64,000 nt of DNA, from assembly GCA_965207885.1 (NCBI GenBank), contig OZ242311.1, forward strand, positions 5,984,001 through 6,048,000, written 5' to 3'. A program made the position numbers and the translations under genes. The notes beneath the pieces were generated by a model, which was not told the DNA's origin, did not search any database, and worked only from the letters and a program-made list of their open reading frames with translations. This DNA comes from Candidatus Latescibacterota bacterium. Its GTDB lineage: Bacteria; Latescibacterota; UBA2968. Of this stretch, positions 41,654 through 51,490 are shown piece after piece. Position 1 is the stretch's first letter. Every line of letters begins with the position of its first letter.

Positions 41654-42838
41654 ATGTATCGAAACGTTTTCTATATGGTGCTGCTGGTCGTGCTTTTTCC
41701 CCTTTCGGGATACGCGCAATCAGATGTCGATATTGATTTTGACGATAACGGCGTTGTTGATCTGCAAGATCTTTTGGCTCTGACCGAAGCCTTTGGTACA
41801 AATGATGCGAAGTATGATTTGCACCCGGATGGCGTGGTTAATTTTAAAGATCTTATCATTTTTGCCAGTGCGTACAATCAGGAAGATACTTCTGAACCCG
41901 TCACCGAGGAAGTCGAGGAGCAAGAAGCCTCTGCTCAGGTCGAATTTTTTGAGCTTTTGACGCCGAATAGCCGGCCAAATGATCTGGCGATTGACTCTCG
42001 AGGGTATATATGGTTTACAGAGATGGGGGCCAATGCAATTGGCCGATTAGAGCCGCGCACAGATATGATTCGCCGATTTTCTTTGACCACGCCGGGTGCG
42101 CAACCACACAGTATTGCTCTCGACAGTCAGGGGCACGTCTGGTTTTCAGAAATTGCCGCCAACCGCATTGGCCTCCTGGATCCCTTCTCCGATGATATTC
42201 AGGAGTTCACTGTTCCGACTCCGGGCAGTCGGCCAATGAGTTTGAAATTTGACGATCAATGGAAGCTCTGGTTTATCGAGAGTGGAGCCGACCGCATTGC
42301 GCGGCTGGATCCGGTCACCGAGACGATAGAAGAATTTCCAATTGGTGAGGAAGATATCACACTTGGTTCGCTTCAGATAGATGATGGCGGGCGGGTCTGG
42401 TTCGTCAATCACGAACAAAGTCAGCTGGGTATGCTCGATCCCGATACTGAAGAGATTACCACCTATTCGCTTCCAGATAGCGGTTTTGCTATTGGGCAAA
42501 TGGGATTGGATTCAATAGGGAGGATGTGGTTTACGGATACGGATTCGACAAGGCTGGGCATGTTTGATTCTATCACCAGGCAAACGCGTTTTTTCCGGTT
42601 TCCCGAAAAGATGGAATCTCCACATGCTTTGCAGGTCGATTCGAATGATCGCGTGTGGATCGGTGGACAATCGTCGGGATGGCTGACCAGTTTTAGTTTG
42701 CAAGATACAACGTTTACGCTCTATGAGATTTCCGATGATGATGTTGAGGTCAAAAACTTGCGCATTGATCGCAGAGGTGTTGTCTGGATTGTCGATTCAG
42801 AGGGGAATCGCATTGGACGGATTGAAACGTCTGATTAA
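41654..42838 (+). CDS. Secreted EF-hand/dockerin-like + Vgb-like beta-propeller protein
   Basis: Signal peptide, DFDDNGVVDLQD and DLHPDGVVNFKD, repeated WFTE..AN.IG.L.P blades; GGAG RBS before ATG 41654. Confidence 0.8.
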   Translation: MYRNVFYMVLLVVLFPLSGYAQSDVDIDFDDNGVVDLQDLLALTEAFGTNDAKYDLHPDGVVNFKDLIIFASAYNQEDTSEPVTEEVEEQEASAQVEFFELLTPNSRPNDLAIDSRGYIWFTEMGANAIGRLEPRTDMIRRFSLTTPGAQPHSIALDSQGHVWFSEIAANRIGLLDPFSDDIQEFTVPTPGSRPMSLKFDDQWKLWFIESGADRIARLDPVTETIEEFPIGEEDITLGSLQIDDGGRVWFVNHEQSQLGMLDPDTEEITTYSLPDSGFAIGQMGLDSIGRMWFTDTDSTRLGMFDSITRQTRFFRFPEKMESPHALQVDSNDRVWIGGQSSGWLTSFSLQDTTFTLYEISDDDVEVKNLRIDRRGVVWIVDSEGNRIGRIETSD

Positions 42839-42901
42839 TGGTTTATCCCATCGCCAGAGGAAATTTAGATTTTAAGGACGAGCGGGAATCGGTCTGCAAG
42901 C

Positions 42902-42930
42902 AAAGCACTCTAAATATAGAGTGCTTTTTT
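42902..42930 (+). terminator. Intrinsic terminator
   Basis: AAAGCACTCTA-aata-TAGAGTGCTTTTTT. Confidence 0.75.
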
Positions 42931-43008
42931 ATTTAAAAAGGCGTTGACACACCGGATAGGGCATACTATATACGGTTTATGCGCTAAAGTTATACAGGGT
43001 CAACGGTT

Positions 43009-44412
43009 ATGAAATCTTGCAATATCATTTTTTGTTTTGCTCTTATCGGGTTGCTGGTTTTGCCATGTGATGCTGATCAGTTGGTGTTGATGTCGCCACA
43101 TTCAGATGAGATCCAAAACGAGTTTGAGTCGGCTTTTGTGGCTTTTTATAAAGAGACCACAGATCGAGATGTGCGGGTAGAGTGGCTCGATATCGGGGGG
43201 GGCACGAGTTCGATTTTGCGTTATATCAAATCGGAATTTGGGCGGTCGCCAGAGGGTATTGGCATCGATATTTTTTTTGGCGGAGGCACCGCGCCTTATG
43301 TAGATTTGTCTGAGCGCGGGCTGTGCCAACCCTATCGGTTGTCCGATGCTGCGTTCAATCGATTGCCCGCGCAGATTGGGGGGGTTCCGCTTTACGATTC
43401 GGCCTATCAATGGTATGGTGCAACGCTGTCGGGTTTTGGCATTGTGTATAATCGGCGCGTGATTGAAATTTTGAATTTACCCCTCCCCCAAACCTGGGCA
43501 GATTTGGGCGCGCCGGAATTGTTTTCGTGGGTTGGTTCGGGCGATCCGCGCAAGAGTGGCAGCGTTCACATGGCTTATGAATTGATTTTGCAGGCTTATG
43601 GCTGGGAAAGAGGATGGGAAGTGATTACCACAATGGGGGCCAATGTGCGAAATTTTGGACAAGGTGGCTCTTATGCCCCCAGGGAAGTCGCTGTGGGCGA
43701 AGTGGCTTATGGTTTGTCTATTGACTTTTATGCATGGGCACAAGTCGCAGAAGTGGGCGATGAATACGTGGGCTTTGTGATGCCCGATAATTTGACCATT
43801 GTCAATCCCGATGGCATCGCCATCTTAAAGGGTGCGCCAAACCTGGAGGTGGCACAGGTATTTTTGGAGTTTGTGATGTCCGATGCGGGGCAGAAGCTCT
43901 GGTTTTTGAAAAAGGGCGTGCCGGGCGGTCCTGTCAATAAGCAGTTGAACCGATTTACCGTATTGCCAGATCTGTACACGCGCTATCAAAGTGATGCTGC
44001 GGTGACGTTAAATCCCTTTGAATGGCGTTCCGATTTGATATACGATGCTGAACTGGGTAGCGGGCGCTGGCGCGTGTTGAACGATTTGATCGGCGTGATG
44101 GTCATTGACTCACAGCGGGCATTGCAAGCTACCTGGAAGGACGCGATGACAGATGGCGTGTCAGAAGAAGAACGCAAGAAGCTGTCATCTGTACCTATTT
44201 CTGAGGCTGAAGCACTGAAGTTGGAGCAGTTGTGGGGAGATGCCGAGATGCGCAATCGCACAATGGCTGACTGGACGGATTTTGCGCGCGACAAATACGG
44301 TGCTCGCGATGTGCCTTTGTCTGTGCGTATTACCAATGCGATTACTCTGTTTTTCCCCATGGGTATTGCCTGCTGTGTGGTGGCTTATTTGTGGCGTTTG
44401 CGCAGGAATTAA
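43009..44412 (+). CDS. ABC transporter substrate-binding protein (Fe3+/thiamine-like cluster) with C-terminal TM helix
   Basis: DIFFGGG, DPRKSGS, DGIAILKGAPN; first gene of the ABC operon. Confidence 0.85.
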   Translation: MKSCNIIFCFALIGLLVLPCDADQLVLMSPHSDEIQNEFESAFVAFYKETTDRDVRVEWLDIGGGTSSILRYIKSEFGRSPEGIGIDIFFGGGTAPYVDLSERGLCQPYRLSDAAFNRLPAQIGGVPLYDSAYQWYGATLSGFGIVYNRRVIEILNLPLPQTWADLGAPELFSWVGSGDPRKSGSVHMAYELILQAYGWERGWEVITTMGANVRNFGQGGSYAPREVAVGEVAYGLSIDFYAWAQVAEVGDEYVGFVMPDNLTIVNPDGIAILKGAPNLEVAQVFLEFVMSDAGQKLWFLKKGVPGGPVNKQLNRFTVLPDLYTRYQSDAAVTLNPFEWRSDLIYDAELGSGRWRVLNDLIGVMVIDSQRALQATWKDAMTDGVSEEERKKLSSVPISEAEALKLEQLWGDAEMRNRTMADWTDFARDKYGARDVPLSVRITNAITLFFPMGIACCVVAYLWRLRRN

Positions 44413-44424
44413 AAAGAGTGAGAT

Positions 44425-45522
44425 ATGTTCGGAATCAGGCTGGAAAATGTGACCAAGCGTTTTGACAATGTTCTGGCATTGGATCGCATCAATCTGGAAA
44501 TTGACGCGGGGGAGTTCTTTTTTTTGCTGGGTCCCTCTGGTTGTGGCAAAACCACGTTGTTGCGCATTTTGGCGGGTTTTGAGCAGCCCGAGAGTGGTCG
44601 GGTGATTTTTGATGAACGCGATATGACTCCTGTACCTCCGCACGAGCGCAATACGGGTATGGTGTTTCAGAATTATGCGTTGTGGCCTCACATGACGGTC
44701 TGGAAAAATGTGGAATACGGCCTCACCATGCGCAATATGTCGCAGCACGCGCGCGATCAAAAAGTGAGGCGCGCTCTGGAAATGGTTCAGATGAGCGGTT
44801 ATGCCGAGCGGTCGCCCAATCAGCTTTCGGGAGGGCAGCAACAGCGCGTGGCTCTGGCGCGGGCACTTGTCATAGAACCGGGTGTTGTGCTGCTGGATGA
44901 GCCGCTTTCCAATCTGGATGCGCGATTGCGGTTGGAAATGCGCGAGCAGTTACAGGATTTGCAGCGGACTTTGGGTGTTACGATGATTTATGTGACACAC
45001 GATCAAAAAGAAGCGCTGGCAATGGGTGCGCGCATTGCGGTTATGCAGATGGGCAAGGTGGCGCAAATCGGTACGCCTCGGGATGTTTACAGGCAACCGA
45101 TCACGCGCTTTGTCGCGGATTTTATTGGCGAGATCAATTTGATTTCTGGGGAGATAAAATCTGTGGGATCCGAGGTGATCGCTGCAACAGATGTGGGGAA
45201 TATTCGCGGACAGGCGGGATATGAGGGTGTTCAGGTGGGGGATCAGGTGTTGTGCGCGATTCGGCCCGAGGCAATGGATTTTCTTTCGGATGAATCTGGG
45301 ACGGCGGATAATGTCATTTTTGGGCGCGTGCGGCGTGCGATTTATCTGGGTGAAGTCGAGCAATTTTTTGTTGAATTGGCGAGCGGCGATCAGATCAAAC
45401 TGATTAAGTACGGCGCGACTGTGCAGCACGCACAACCCGGCGATGAGGTGCGACTGGGGTTTTCGAAGCAGCAGGTGGTTGTGTTGCGCGATGAATCGGA
45501 GGACCGCGATGAGGCGGTTTGA
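44425..45522 (+). CDS. ABC transporter ATP-binding subunit (FbpC/PotA-like)
   Basis: GPSGCGKT, LSGGQQQR, DEPLSNLD, TOBE domain. Confidence 0.93.
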   Translation: MFGIRLENVTKRFDNVLALDRINLEIDAGEFFFLLGPSGCGKTTLLRILAGFEQPESGRVIFDERDMTPVPPHERNTGMVFQNYALWPHMTVWKNVEYGLTMRNMSQHARDQKVRRALEMVQMSGYAERSPNQLSGGQQQRVALARALVIEPGVVLLDEPLSNLDARLRLEMREQLQDLQRTLGVTMIYVTHDQKEALAMGARIAVMQMGKVAQIGTPRDVYRQPITRFVADFIGEINLISGEIKSVGSEVIAATDVGNIRGQAGYEGVQVGDQVLCAIRPEAMDFLSDESGTADNVIFGRVRRAIYLGEVEQFFVELASGDQIKLIKYGATVQHAQPGDEVRLGFSKQQVVVLRDESEDRDEAV

Positions 45523-47194
45523 TCTCAATTTGCCCACGCTCATTTTTCTGGTGGGGTTGATCGGCTTTTTTGCCTTGTTTTTGTTTTATCCCCTGTGGTA
45601 TGCCTTTGTGCAATCGCTGGTGGTCGATGGCAGGTTTACGTTTGCGTTTTACGAATTGATGGTGACGAGTCCGGTTTATCAAGAGGCCATTCTCAATAGT
45701 TTTCGGCTGGGGATGATTACGACTATTGCGACTACGTTGCTCAGTTTGCCTCTGGCGTTTTTGCTGGTGCGATACAATTTTGCGGGCAAAGGATTTCTCA
45801 ATGGTTTGATTCTGGTGCCTATGGTTTTGCCCCCGTTTGTAGGGGCGATAGGCATGAAGCAGATGTTTGCACGTTTTGGTTCTATCAATTTGCTGCTTCT
45901 GGATTTGGGACTTATCGATCAGCCGGTAGATTGGTTTGGCGGTGGTGGTTTTGTGGGCGTGGTGATTTTAGAGGTGCTGCATCTCTATCCCATTATGTAT
46001 CTCAATGTGGCCGCTGCGCTTGCCAATGTCGATCCGAGCCTGGAAGAGGCGGCGCGCAATATGGGCAGTAGCGGGTTTCGCCTTTTTCGCACGGTGACAT
46101 TTCCACTGATGTTGCCAGGCTATTTTGCCGGGGCGATTATTGTTTTTATCTGGGCGTTTACCGATTTGGGGACGCCGCTTATCTTCAATTACCGTCAGGT
46201 TGTAGCGGTCGAGATTTTCAATTCTATTGAGGATATTAACGAAAATCCGATGGCTTACGCGCTCGTTGTCTTCGTGTTGCTGTTGACGGTTTTTTTCTTT
46301 TATCTGTCAAAGGCGACGCTGGGCAATCGCCGCTATGAGATGATTGCGCGAGGGTATATCAGTTCGGGATCGCGCCCTGCTTCTCGCGGGATGACTGTGT
46401 TGATTTACGCCGCGATGTTGTCGCTTACGGGCATTGCTCTGATTCCGCATTTGAGTGTGTTTTTGACGTCTATTGCCGAGCGCTGGTTTATGGCTGTGCT
46501 GCCCCAGGAGACGACCGGGCGATTTTATGCGATGGTTTTTGAACACCCGATGTCTCTGTCCAGTATTGAGATGAGTCTGATATTGAGTGTGTTGAGTACG
46601 ACGCTGGATGTTGTGTTGGGGATTGCTATTGCGTATTTGCTCACGCGCACGCGCATTCCGTATAAGGGCGTTTTAGATGCGGTGGCGATGTTGCCCTTAG
46701 CTCTGCCCGGTCTGGTGCTGGCTTTTGGGTATTTGGCGGGGTATTCGGGTACTTTTTTGGATGCGCGGCACTATCCCGTGCCACTGCTGGTTATTGCCTA
46801 TGCGGTGCGGCGGTTGCCCTATATGGTGCGTGCGGCGTATGCGGGTTTTCAGCAGACGAGTGTGACGCTGGAAGAGGCGGCTCAGAATTTGGGGGCTTCC
46901 CGGTTGCGCACGCTTTTTCAAATTACATTTCCACTGATTTTAGCCAATCTGGTGGCTGGCGGTATTTTGTGTTTTGCGTTTGCAATGCTCGAGGTGAGCG
47001 ATAGTTTGATTTTGGCGCTCAAGGACGAATACTATCCCATCACAAAAGCGATTTACGCGCTTATGGGGCGCATTGCAGATGGCGCGTATTTGGCCAGTGC
47101 GATGGGTGTTTTTGGTATGGTGTTGCTGATTGTGAGTTTGTTTTTGGCCGGGCGATTTTTGGGCAGGCGCATGGGCGAGTTGTTCCGCGCTTAA
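45509..47194 (+). CDS. ABC transporter permease (FbpB-like)
   Basis: Two EAA motifs (LEEAARNMG, LEEAAQNLG). Confidence 0.92.
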   Translation: MRRFDLNLPTLIFLVGLIGFFALFLFYPLWYAFVQSLVVDGRFTFAFYELMVTSPVYQEAILNSFRLGMITTIATTLLSLPLAFLLVRYNFAGKGFLNGLILVPMVLPPFVGAIGMKQMFARFGSINLLLLDLGLIDQPVDWFGGGGFVGVVILEVLHLYPIMYLNVAAALANVDPSLEEAARNMGSSGFRLFRTVTFPLMLPGYFAGAIIVFIWAFTDLGTPLIFNYRQVVAVEIFNSIEDINENPMAYALVVFVLLLTVFFFYLSKATLGNRRYEMIARGYISSGSRPASRGMTVLIYAAMLSLTGIALIPHLSVFLTSIAERWFMAVLPQETTGRFYAMVFEHPMSLSSIEMSLILSVLSTTLDVVLGIAIAYLLTRTRIPYKGVLDAVAMLPLALPGLVLAFGYLAGYSGTFLDARHYPVPLLVIAYAVRRLPYMVRAAYAGFQQTSVTLEEAAQNLGASRLRTLFQITFPLILANLVAGGILCFAFAMLEVSDSLILALKDEYYPITKAIYALMGRIADGAYLASAMGVFGMVLLIVSLFLAGRFLGRRMGELFRA

Positions 47195-47214
47195 ATGAAA
47201 ATTCAAAGGGGCTT

Positions 47215-50200
47215 GTGATGGACTTGCGGAGATGGATAATTATTTTTGCAGGGGGTGTGATAGGCATGGTCAATGCGGCGATGGCACAGAATACACCGTG
47301 GCACTACAGTTTTGAGGAAACGACGCTGTCGGCGGCCTATCGGGCAGATGCGGGTAGTCAGGTTTCGCTTTCGACGAGACGTTATAAGGCGGGGCAGCAA
47401 TCTCTGAAGTGGGCATGGCAGAATAATGGGCGGCTTGTGTTCACGGATCCGGCAACACAACGCAATCGGACGCTGAACGGTTTTCGGGCGTGGGTGTACA
47501 ACGAGGAGGCGCTCGATGAGGTGCTGACGTTTGGGTTTGGTACGGAATCTGAGTTGTCGGCAAATAATCCGCGTTACCGGTTTGAGTTTGGTTTGAATTT
47601 TACGGGCTGGCGGGCGATGTGGATCAATTTGGAAGATGATGCGCGGAATAATTCTTATACGGGTCCGAGAAATGGGCGTGTGACGGCGTTTGAAATCCGT
47701 GCGCCGAATGGTGGAACTGTGTATCTGGATCTGGTGGAATTGGTGGAGAGAATTCATTTCAGGCGATCTCCCGATGCACAGGTTCCATTTGTGAATGGAG
47801 GTATAAATACAAGTGGCGAGAGAACCCGCGAATACAGATGGAGTCTGAATACATTGCCGGGTCCGCTTCCTTTGCAGATCACTGATGATGAACGGAGGGC
47901 TCTTGAGACGATTGCGGCGCGATATGAGGCGTGGGTTCTGGGTGATGGGGTGAAAGATGATCAGCGGGAGCCAGTGAGGATTCGGCTCAATGAACTTACA
48001 GCATACATAAGGCGCGGGCATCGCAATCTCGCAGATTACGAGATTCGGCGGGAAGATGACCGCATTTTGGGAAAGCCTCTGTTTGCAGCCCTTTCACCCT
48101 ACAGGCCCTATTTTCAGAGTGTTTTTCAAAATGTTTTGTTGCGTCTGGTGCTGGATTATCGGTTGAATGGCAATGAGGAGGCCAAAGATCGCGTGATAGA
48201 TGTTTTCGATTATCTGCACGATCAGGGTTGGGCAGAAGGCAGTGGTGTTGGCGCGATGCATCACGAGTTTTTACGGATTGCGAGCTATGCGCATGCGGTG
48301 TATTTGATGCGGGATGTTTTGGGTGATACGAATCGACTGGAACGGGAATTGGCGAGTTTGAAATGGTATAGCATGTTTGGCGAGTTGTATGAACAGACCT
48401 GGGATCCGGGCACGAATGCAGATTTTTTGCGTTCGGTGGCGATGTATCGGTTGTTGTGCATTTTGATGATGGACGATTCGCCCGAGAAGGTGGCGAATAT
48501 GCATCGCTATGTGGCGTGGTTGAATAATGCGCTATCTATTGCACCTGGCTGGCTGGATACGATTAAGCCGGATTTTGTGGGTTTTCACCATCGGGGTATT
48601 TACGCCAATGCGTATGCGCCAAACGCCTTTCACGTGGCTTCTGTTCTGGTGTATTTGTTGCACGATACGCCTTTTGCGGTTGCAGATGATAAGCGCGATA
48701 ATTTGAAGCAGGCACTGTTAACAGCCAGAGTTATGACGAATACGTATGATATTTCAACGGCCATTAATGGGCGCTTTCCGCTTAATACAACGGTAACGGA
48801 TGGTCTTTTGCCGGCGTATATGTATGTGGCTTTGAGTTATCCTTCGGTGGATGCGGAATTATCGGGCGCGTTTATGCAGCTTTGGAGACCTCAATCGCAG
48901 TTGCTGATAGAAGGTTTGTTTGAACAGGTAGCTTCTCGGATCATGTATTTGCACACGCCGGGTGCGATGCAGATGATGGCGGATTTTGCAAGTGCGGGAT
49001 ACCCACCTATTGCTGTGCCTTCTGGTCACTGGACATTGCCTTATGGCGCGTTGTCCATTCATCGGCGTGGAGACTGGATGGTGAGCATGAAGGGATGGAG
49101 CAAATACGTGTGGGATTACGAGTCGTCATCTGGCGGAGAAAATCAACTCGGTCGTTATTTGAGCTATGGTTCGATGCTGATTTACGGCAGTGGCGATCCG
49201 GTCACGCGTGAGGCGAGTGGGATTGTGCGGGATGGGTGGGACTGGAGCATGTGGCCCGGTACGACGGTGATTCGCCTGAGTCATGAGCAGCTCAAACACG
49301 AGGGGCGCGATCGCAATTTTTCGGATGAGACTTTTGTGGGTGGGGTGAATATAGAAGGGCAGAATGGTGTGTTTGCGCTGAAGTTGCACGATACGAGATT
49401 CAATACGAGTTTTCGGGCGGTTAAGACGGTGTTCTGTTTTGACGATGTGATAGTTTGTCTGGGTTCTGGTATTGAGAATGATGATGGTGGGCATGCGACT
49501 GTGACGCCGCTGTTTCAGGCGTCTATCTCTGAAGATCGGCCTACGGGAGTGAATGGGGAAAATGTGCGGGGGATTCCTTATGCGTTTTCGGGGACAAAGG
49601 GGCAGAGGGCCTGGGTAATGGATTCACGGGGCAATGGGTATGTGATTCCAGATGGGGGCGACTTGCGGGTGCAGCGCCAGGTACAAACTCCTGGAGATTT
49701 TGGCAGCGAGGGTGGTACAGGAACTTTTGAATTGGCGTATCTGGATCACGGTCCTATGCCTCAGGGTGCGTCATATCACTATGCCGTGCTGGTTCAGAGG
49801 TCGCCTGATAGGGTGCGTGCGTTTGCGAGTGCGCCGGAATACGATGTTTGGCAGCGAGATCATCAGGCACATATCGTGCATCATCGCGGGATGAAGATGA
49901 CGGGCTACGCGCTGTTTGAGACGGATGCGAGGCCGACAAATGGTCCGGTTGAGGCTGTATCTTTGCCGAGTTTGGTGATGACCCGCGAGATAGGTGATGG
50001 GTTATTGCTTTCGGTGGCTGATCCGGATTTTGGGTGGAGCTGGGAGATCCAGACGCCGCATCGGCAGGATGGTTCGCTAATTGTCAATCAGGCGAGTATG
50101 CCCCGGAAGGTAGAGGTGACAGTGCGCGGAAAATGGCGTTTGGATCAGTCCTATGATCTGGTAGAGATTGTAGAGGAGAACGAGGATCAGACGGTTGTGG

Positions 50201-50496
50201 CTTTTATTTGTCAGGATGGCGAGAGCGTAGAGGTGAAACTGATATCGGGAATAAGTGTGAGTGTTGCAAATCTGGATTTTGATGGGGACGGTGTGATCGG
50301 CATAGGGGATTTTTTGCTTTTTGCCAGTAAATTTGGTCTGTCGGAGGGTGATGCGGGTTTTGAAGCAAAATACGATCTGGATGGCAATGGCATAGTGGGA
50401 ATCAGCGATTTTCTGATTTTTACACAGGGATTTGGTAAACCGGTGGGTGGAAAGCCAGTGGCTCTCCGGAATGGAGGAGAAAGATTGGGATCGTGA
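47215..50496 (+). CDS. Chondroitin ABC lyase-like polysaccharide lyase (PL8) with C-terminal EF-hand/dockerin-like domain
   Basis: LNFTGWRA, DQGWAEGS, KPDFVGFHH...AY, GRYLSYGS, GWDWSMWPGTT; C-terminal DFDGDG and DLDGNG loops. Confidence 0.85.
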   Translation: MMDLRRWIIIFAGGVIGMVNAAMAQNTPWHYSFEETTLSAAYRADAGSQVSLSTRRYKAGQQSLKWAWQNNGRLVFTDPATQRNRTLNGFRAWVYNEEALDEVLTFGFGTESELSANNPRYRFEFGLNFTGWRAMWINLEDDARNNSYTGPRNGRVTAFEIRAPNGGTVYLDLVELVERIHFRRSPDAQVPFVNGGINTSGERTREYRWSLNTLPGPLPLQITDDERRALETIAARYEAWVLGDGVKDDQREPVRIRLNELTAYIRRGHRNLADYEIRREDDRILGKPLFAALSPYRPYFQSVFQNVLLRLVLDYRLNGNEEAKDRVIDVFDYLHDQGWAEGSGVGAMHHEFLRIASYAHAVYLMRDVLGDTNRLERELASLKWYSMFGELYEQTWDPGTNADFLRSVAMYRLLCILMMDDSPEKVANMHRYVAWLNNALSIAPGWLDTIKPDFVGFHHRGIYANAYAPNAFHVASVLVYLLHDTPFAVADDKRDNLKQALLTARVMTNTYDISTAINGRFPLNTTVTDGLLPAYMYVALSYPSVDAELSGAFMQLWRPQSQLLIEGLFEQVASRIMYLHTPGAMQMMADFASAGYPPIAVPSGHWTLPYGALSIHRRGDWMVSMKGWSKYVWDYESSSGGENQLGRYLSYGSMLIYGSGDPVTREASGIVRDGWDWSMWPGTTVIRLSHEQLKHEGRDRNFSDETFVGGVNIEGQNGVFALKLHDTRFNTSFRAVKTVFCFDDVIVCLGSGIENDDGGHATVTPLFQASISEDRPTGVNGENVRGIPYAFSGTKGQRAWVMDSRGNGYVIPDGGDLRVQRQVQTPGDFGSEGGTGTFELAYLDHGPMPQGASYHYAVLVQRSPDRVRAFASAPEYDVWQRDHQAHIVHHRGMKMTGYALFETDARPTNGPVEAVSLPSLVMTREIGDGLLLSVADPDFGWSWEIQTPHRQDGSLIVNQASMPRKVEVTVRGKWRLDQSYDLVEIVEENEDQTVVAFICQDGESVEVKLISGISVSVANLDFDGDGVIGIGDFLLFASKFGLSEGDAGFEAKYDLDGNGIVGISDFLIFTQGFGKPVGGKPVALRNGGERLGS

Positions 50497-50513
50497 TAGT
50501 TTGAGGCCTTTAT

Positions 50514-50557
50514 AACAAACAAAAGCCGCCACATTATGTGGCGGCTTTTGTTTGTTG
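50514..50557. terminator. Bidirectional terminator
   Basis: AACAAACAAAAGCCGCCACAT-t-ATGTGGCGGCTTTTGTTTGTT. Confidence 0.8.
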
Positions 50558-50833
50558 TTACTCAGAATGCGACTTGTCCCAAATGGGTTTTACTTTTTCG
50601 ATGACTTCAGCATCAGTCGGGCTGGATGCGACGATGTTTGTAAATTCTTCAGCTTCAACTCCGAGTTCCTCCAGGAACTTTCTGTCAGCTGGTCACGGAT
50701 AGACGTAGTCACCGATGCAGCCTCGCAATTTGGCGCGGGCTTTATCCGTAATGCGCGGGAGCCAGGGCATGTCGCCCATGTAAAGCTGACGGCTACGCGG
50801 TCTAAAATCGACGGCGGAACTGAGTTTGTCCAT
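50558..50833 (-). CDS. DUF5069-like small protein with in-frame TGA (probable selenocysteine)
   Basis: GAAGGAGG RBS; MDKLSSAVDFRPRSRQLYMGDMPWLPRITDKARAKLRGCIGDYVYP[TGA]PADRKFLEELGVEAEEFTNIVASSPTDAEVIEKVKPIWDKSHSE; hairpin after the TGA. Confidence 0.75.
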
Positions 50834-50906
50834 TGTAGATCCCTCCTTCAAGTATAATGGCTTTTACAATTGTTAAAACATAGTGATTTTGGCGATGGAT
50901 AGCAAG

Positions 50907-51479
50907 TTAGAAAGTAAGGGTGTATGTGCTCAATGTTGTGTCGCCGTATTTTTTTTGTCGGGAGAGGATGAGGCTGGGAAAGGATTTTGGTAGCGTTGTA
51001 CGAGAGGCGTGTTGTACGAGAATGCGTGCATTGGGCGCGAGTATCGGAGATGTTGCGAGGCGGGTGAGTATGGTGCAGGACATAGGGTGTCCGTCTAATT
51101 GTTGGTGATAGGGAGGGTCGAGGTAGATGATGTCGAATAGGGCTTTTACATGCGCGAGTTGGGGCAAGAGTTTTTGCGCGGGACGCGCGTAAAGATAGAT
51201 GCGGTCGTTGAGATGCCAATTGTCTATGAGCTGTGCGATGAAGCGGTTGCAGCGGCGGTCGGGTTCATTGATGACTACCTGAGCGCCGCGGCTACAGGCT
51301 TCGAGGCCGATTTGACCAGAGCAGGAGAAGAGATCGAGGAAATATTTGCCGCAGAGGATTTCGCCCAGAGAAGAGAATACGGCTTTTTTGACAAAGTCGG
51401 ATGTGACGCGGGCATTGCCGTGCTTTTTATTGTTAAAGGGGATGCGGCGACCCTTAAATTCGCCAGCGATGATGCGCAT
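50907..51479 (-). CDS. rsmD: 16S rRNA m2G966 methyltransferase family
   Basis: MRIIAGEFKGR, LDLFSCSG, SRGA, DPPY, YGDT. Confidence 0.88.
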   Translation of the reverse strand: MRIIAGEFKGRRIPFNNKKHGNARVTSDFVKKAVFSSLGEILCGKYFLDLFSCSGQIGLEACSRGAQVVINEPDRRCNRFIAQLIDNWHLNDRIYLYARPAQKLLPQLAHVKALFDIIYLDPPYHQQLDGHPMSCTILTRLATSPILAPNARILVQHASRTTLPKSFPSLILSRQKKYGDTTLSTYTLTF

Positions 51480-51490
51480 AAGAGTGTGTT

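Noticed and set aside
50552-50857. 101-aa plus-strand ORF from the track
   Set aside because: Antisense shadow of the TGA-containing gene; TTG start inside a terminator with no RBS.
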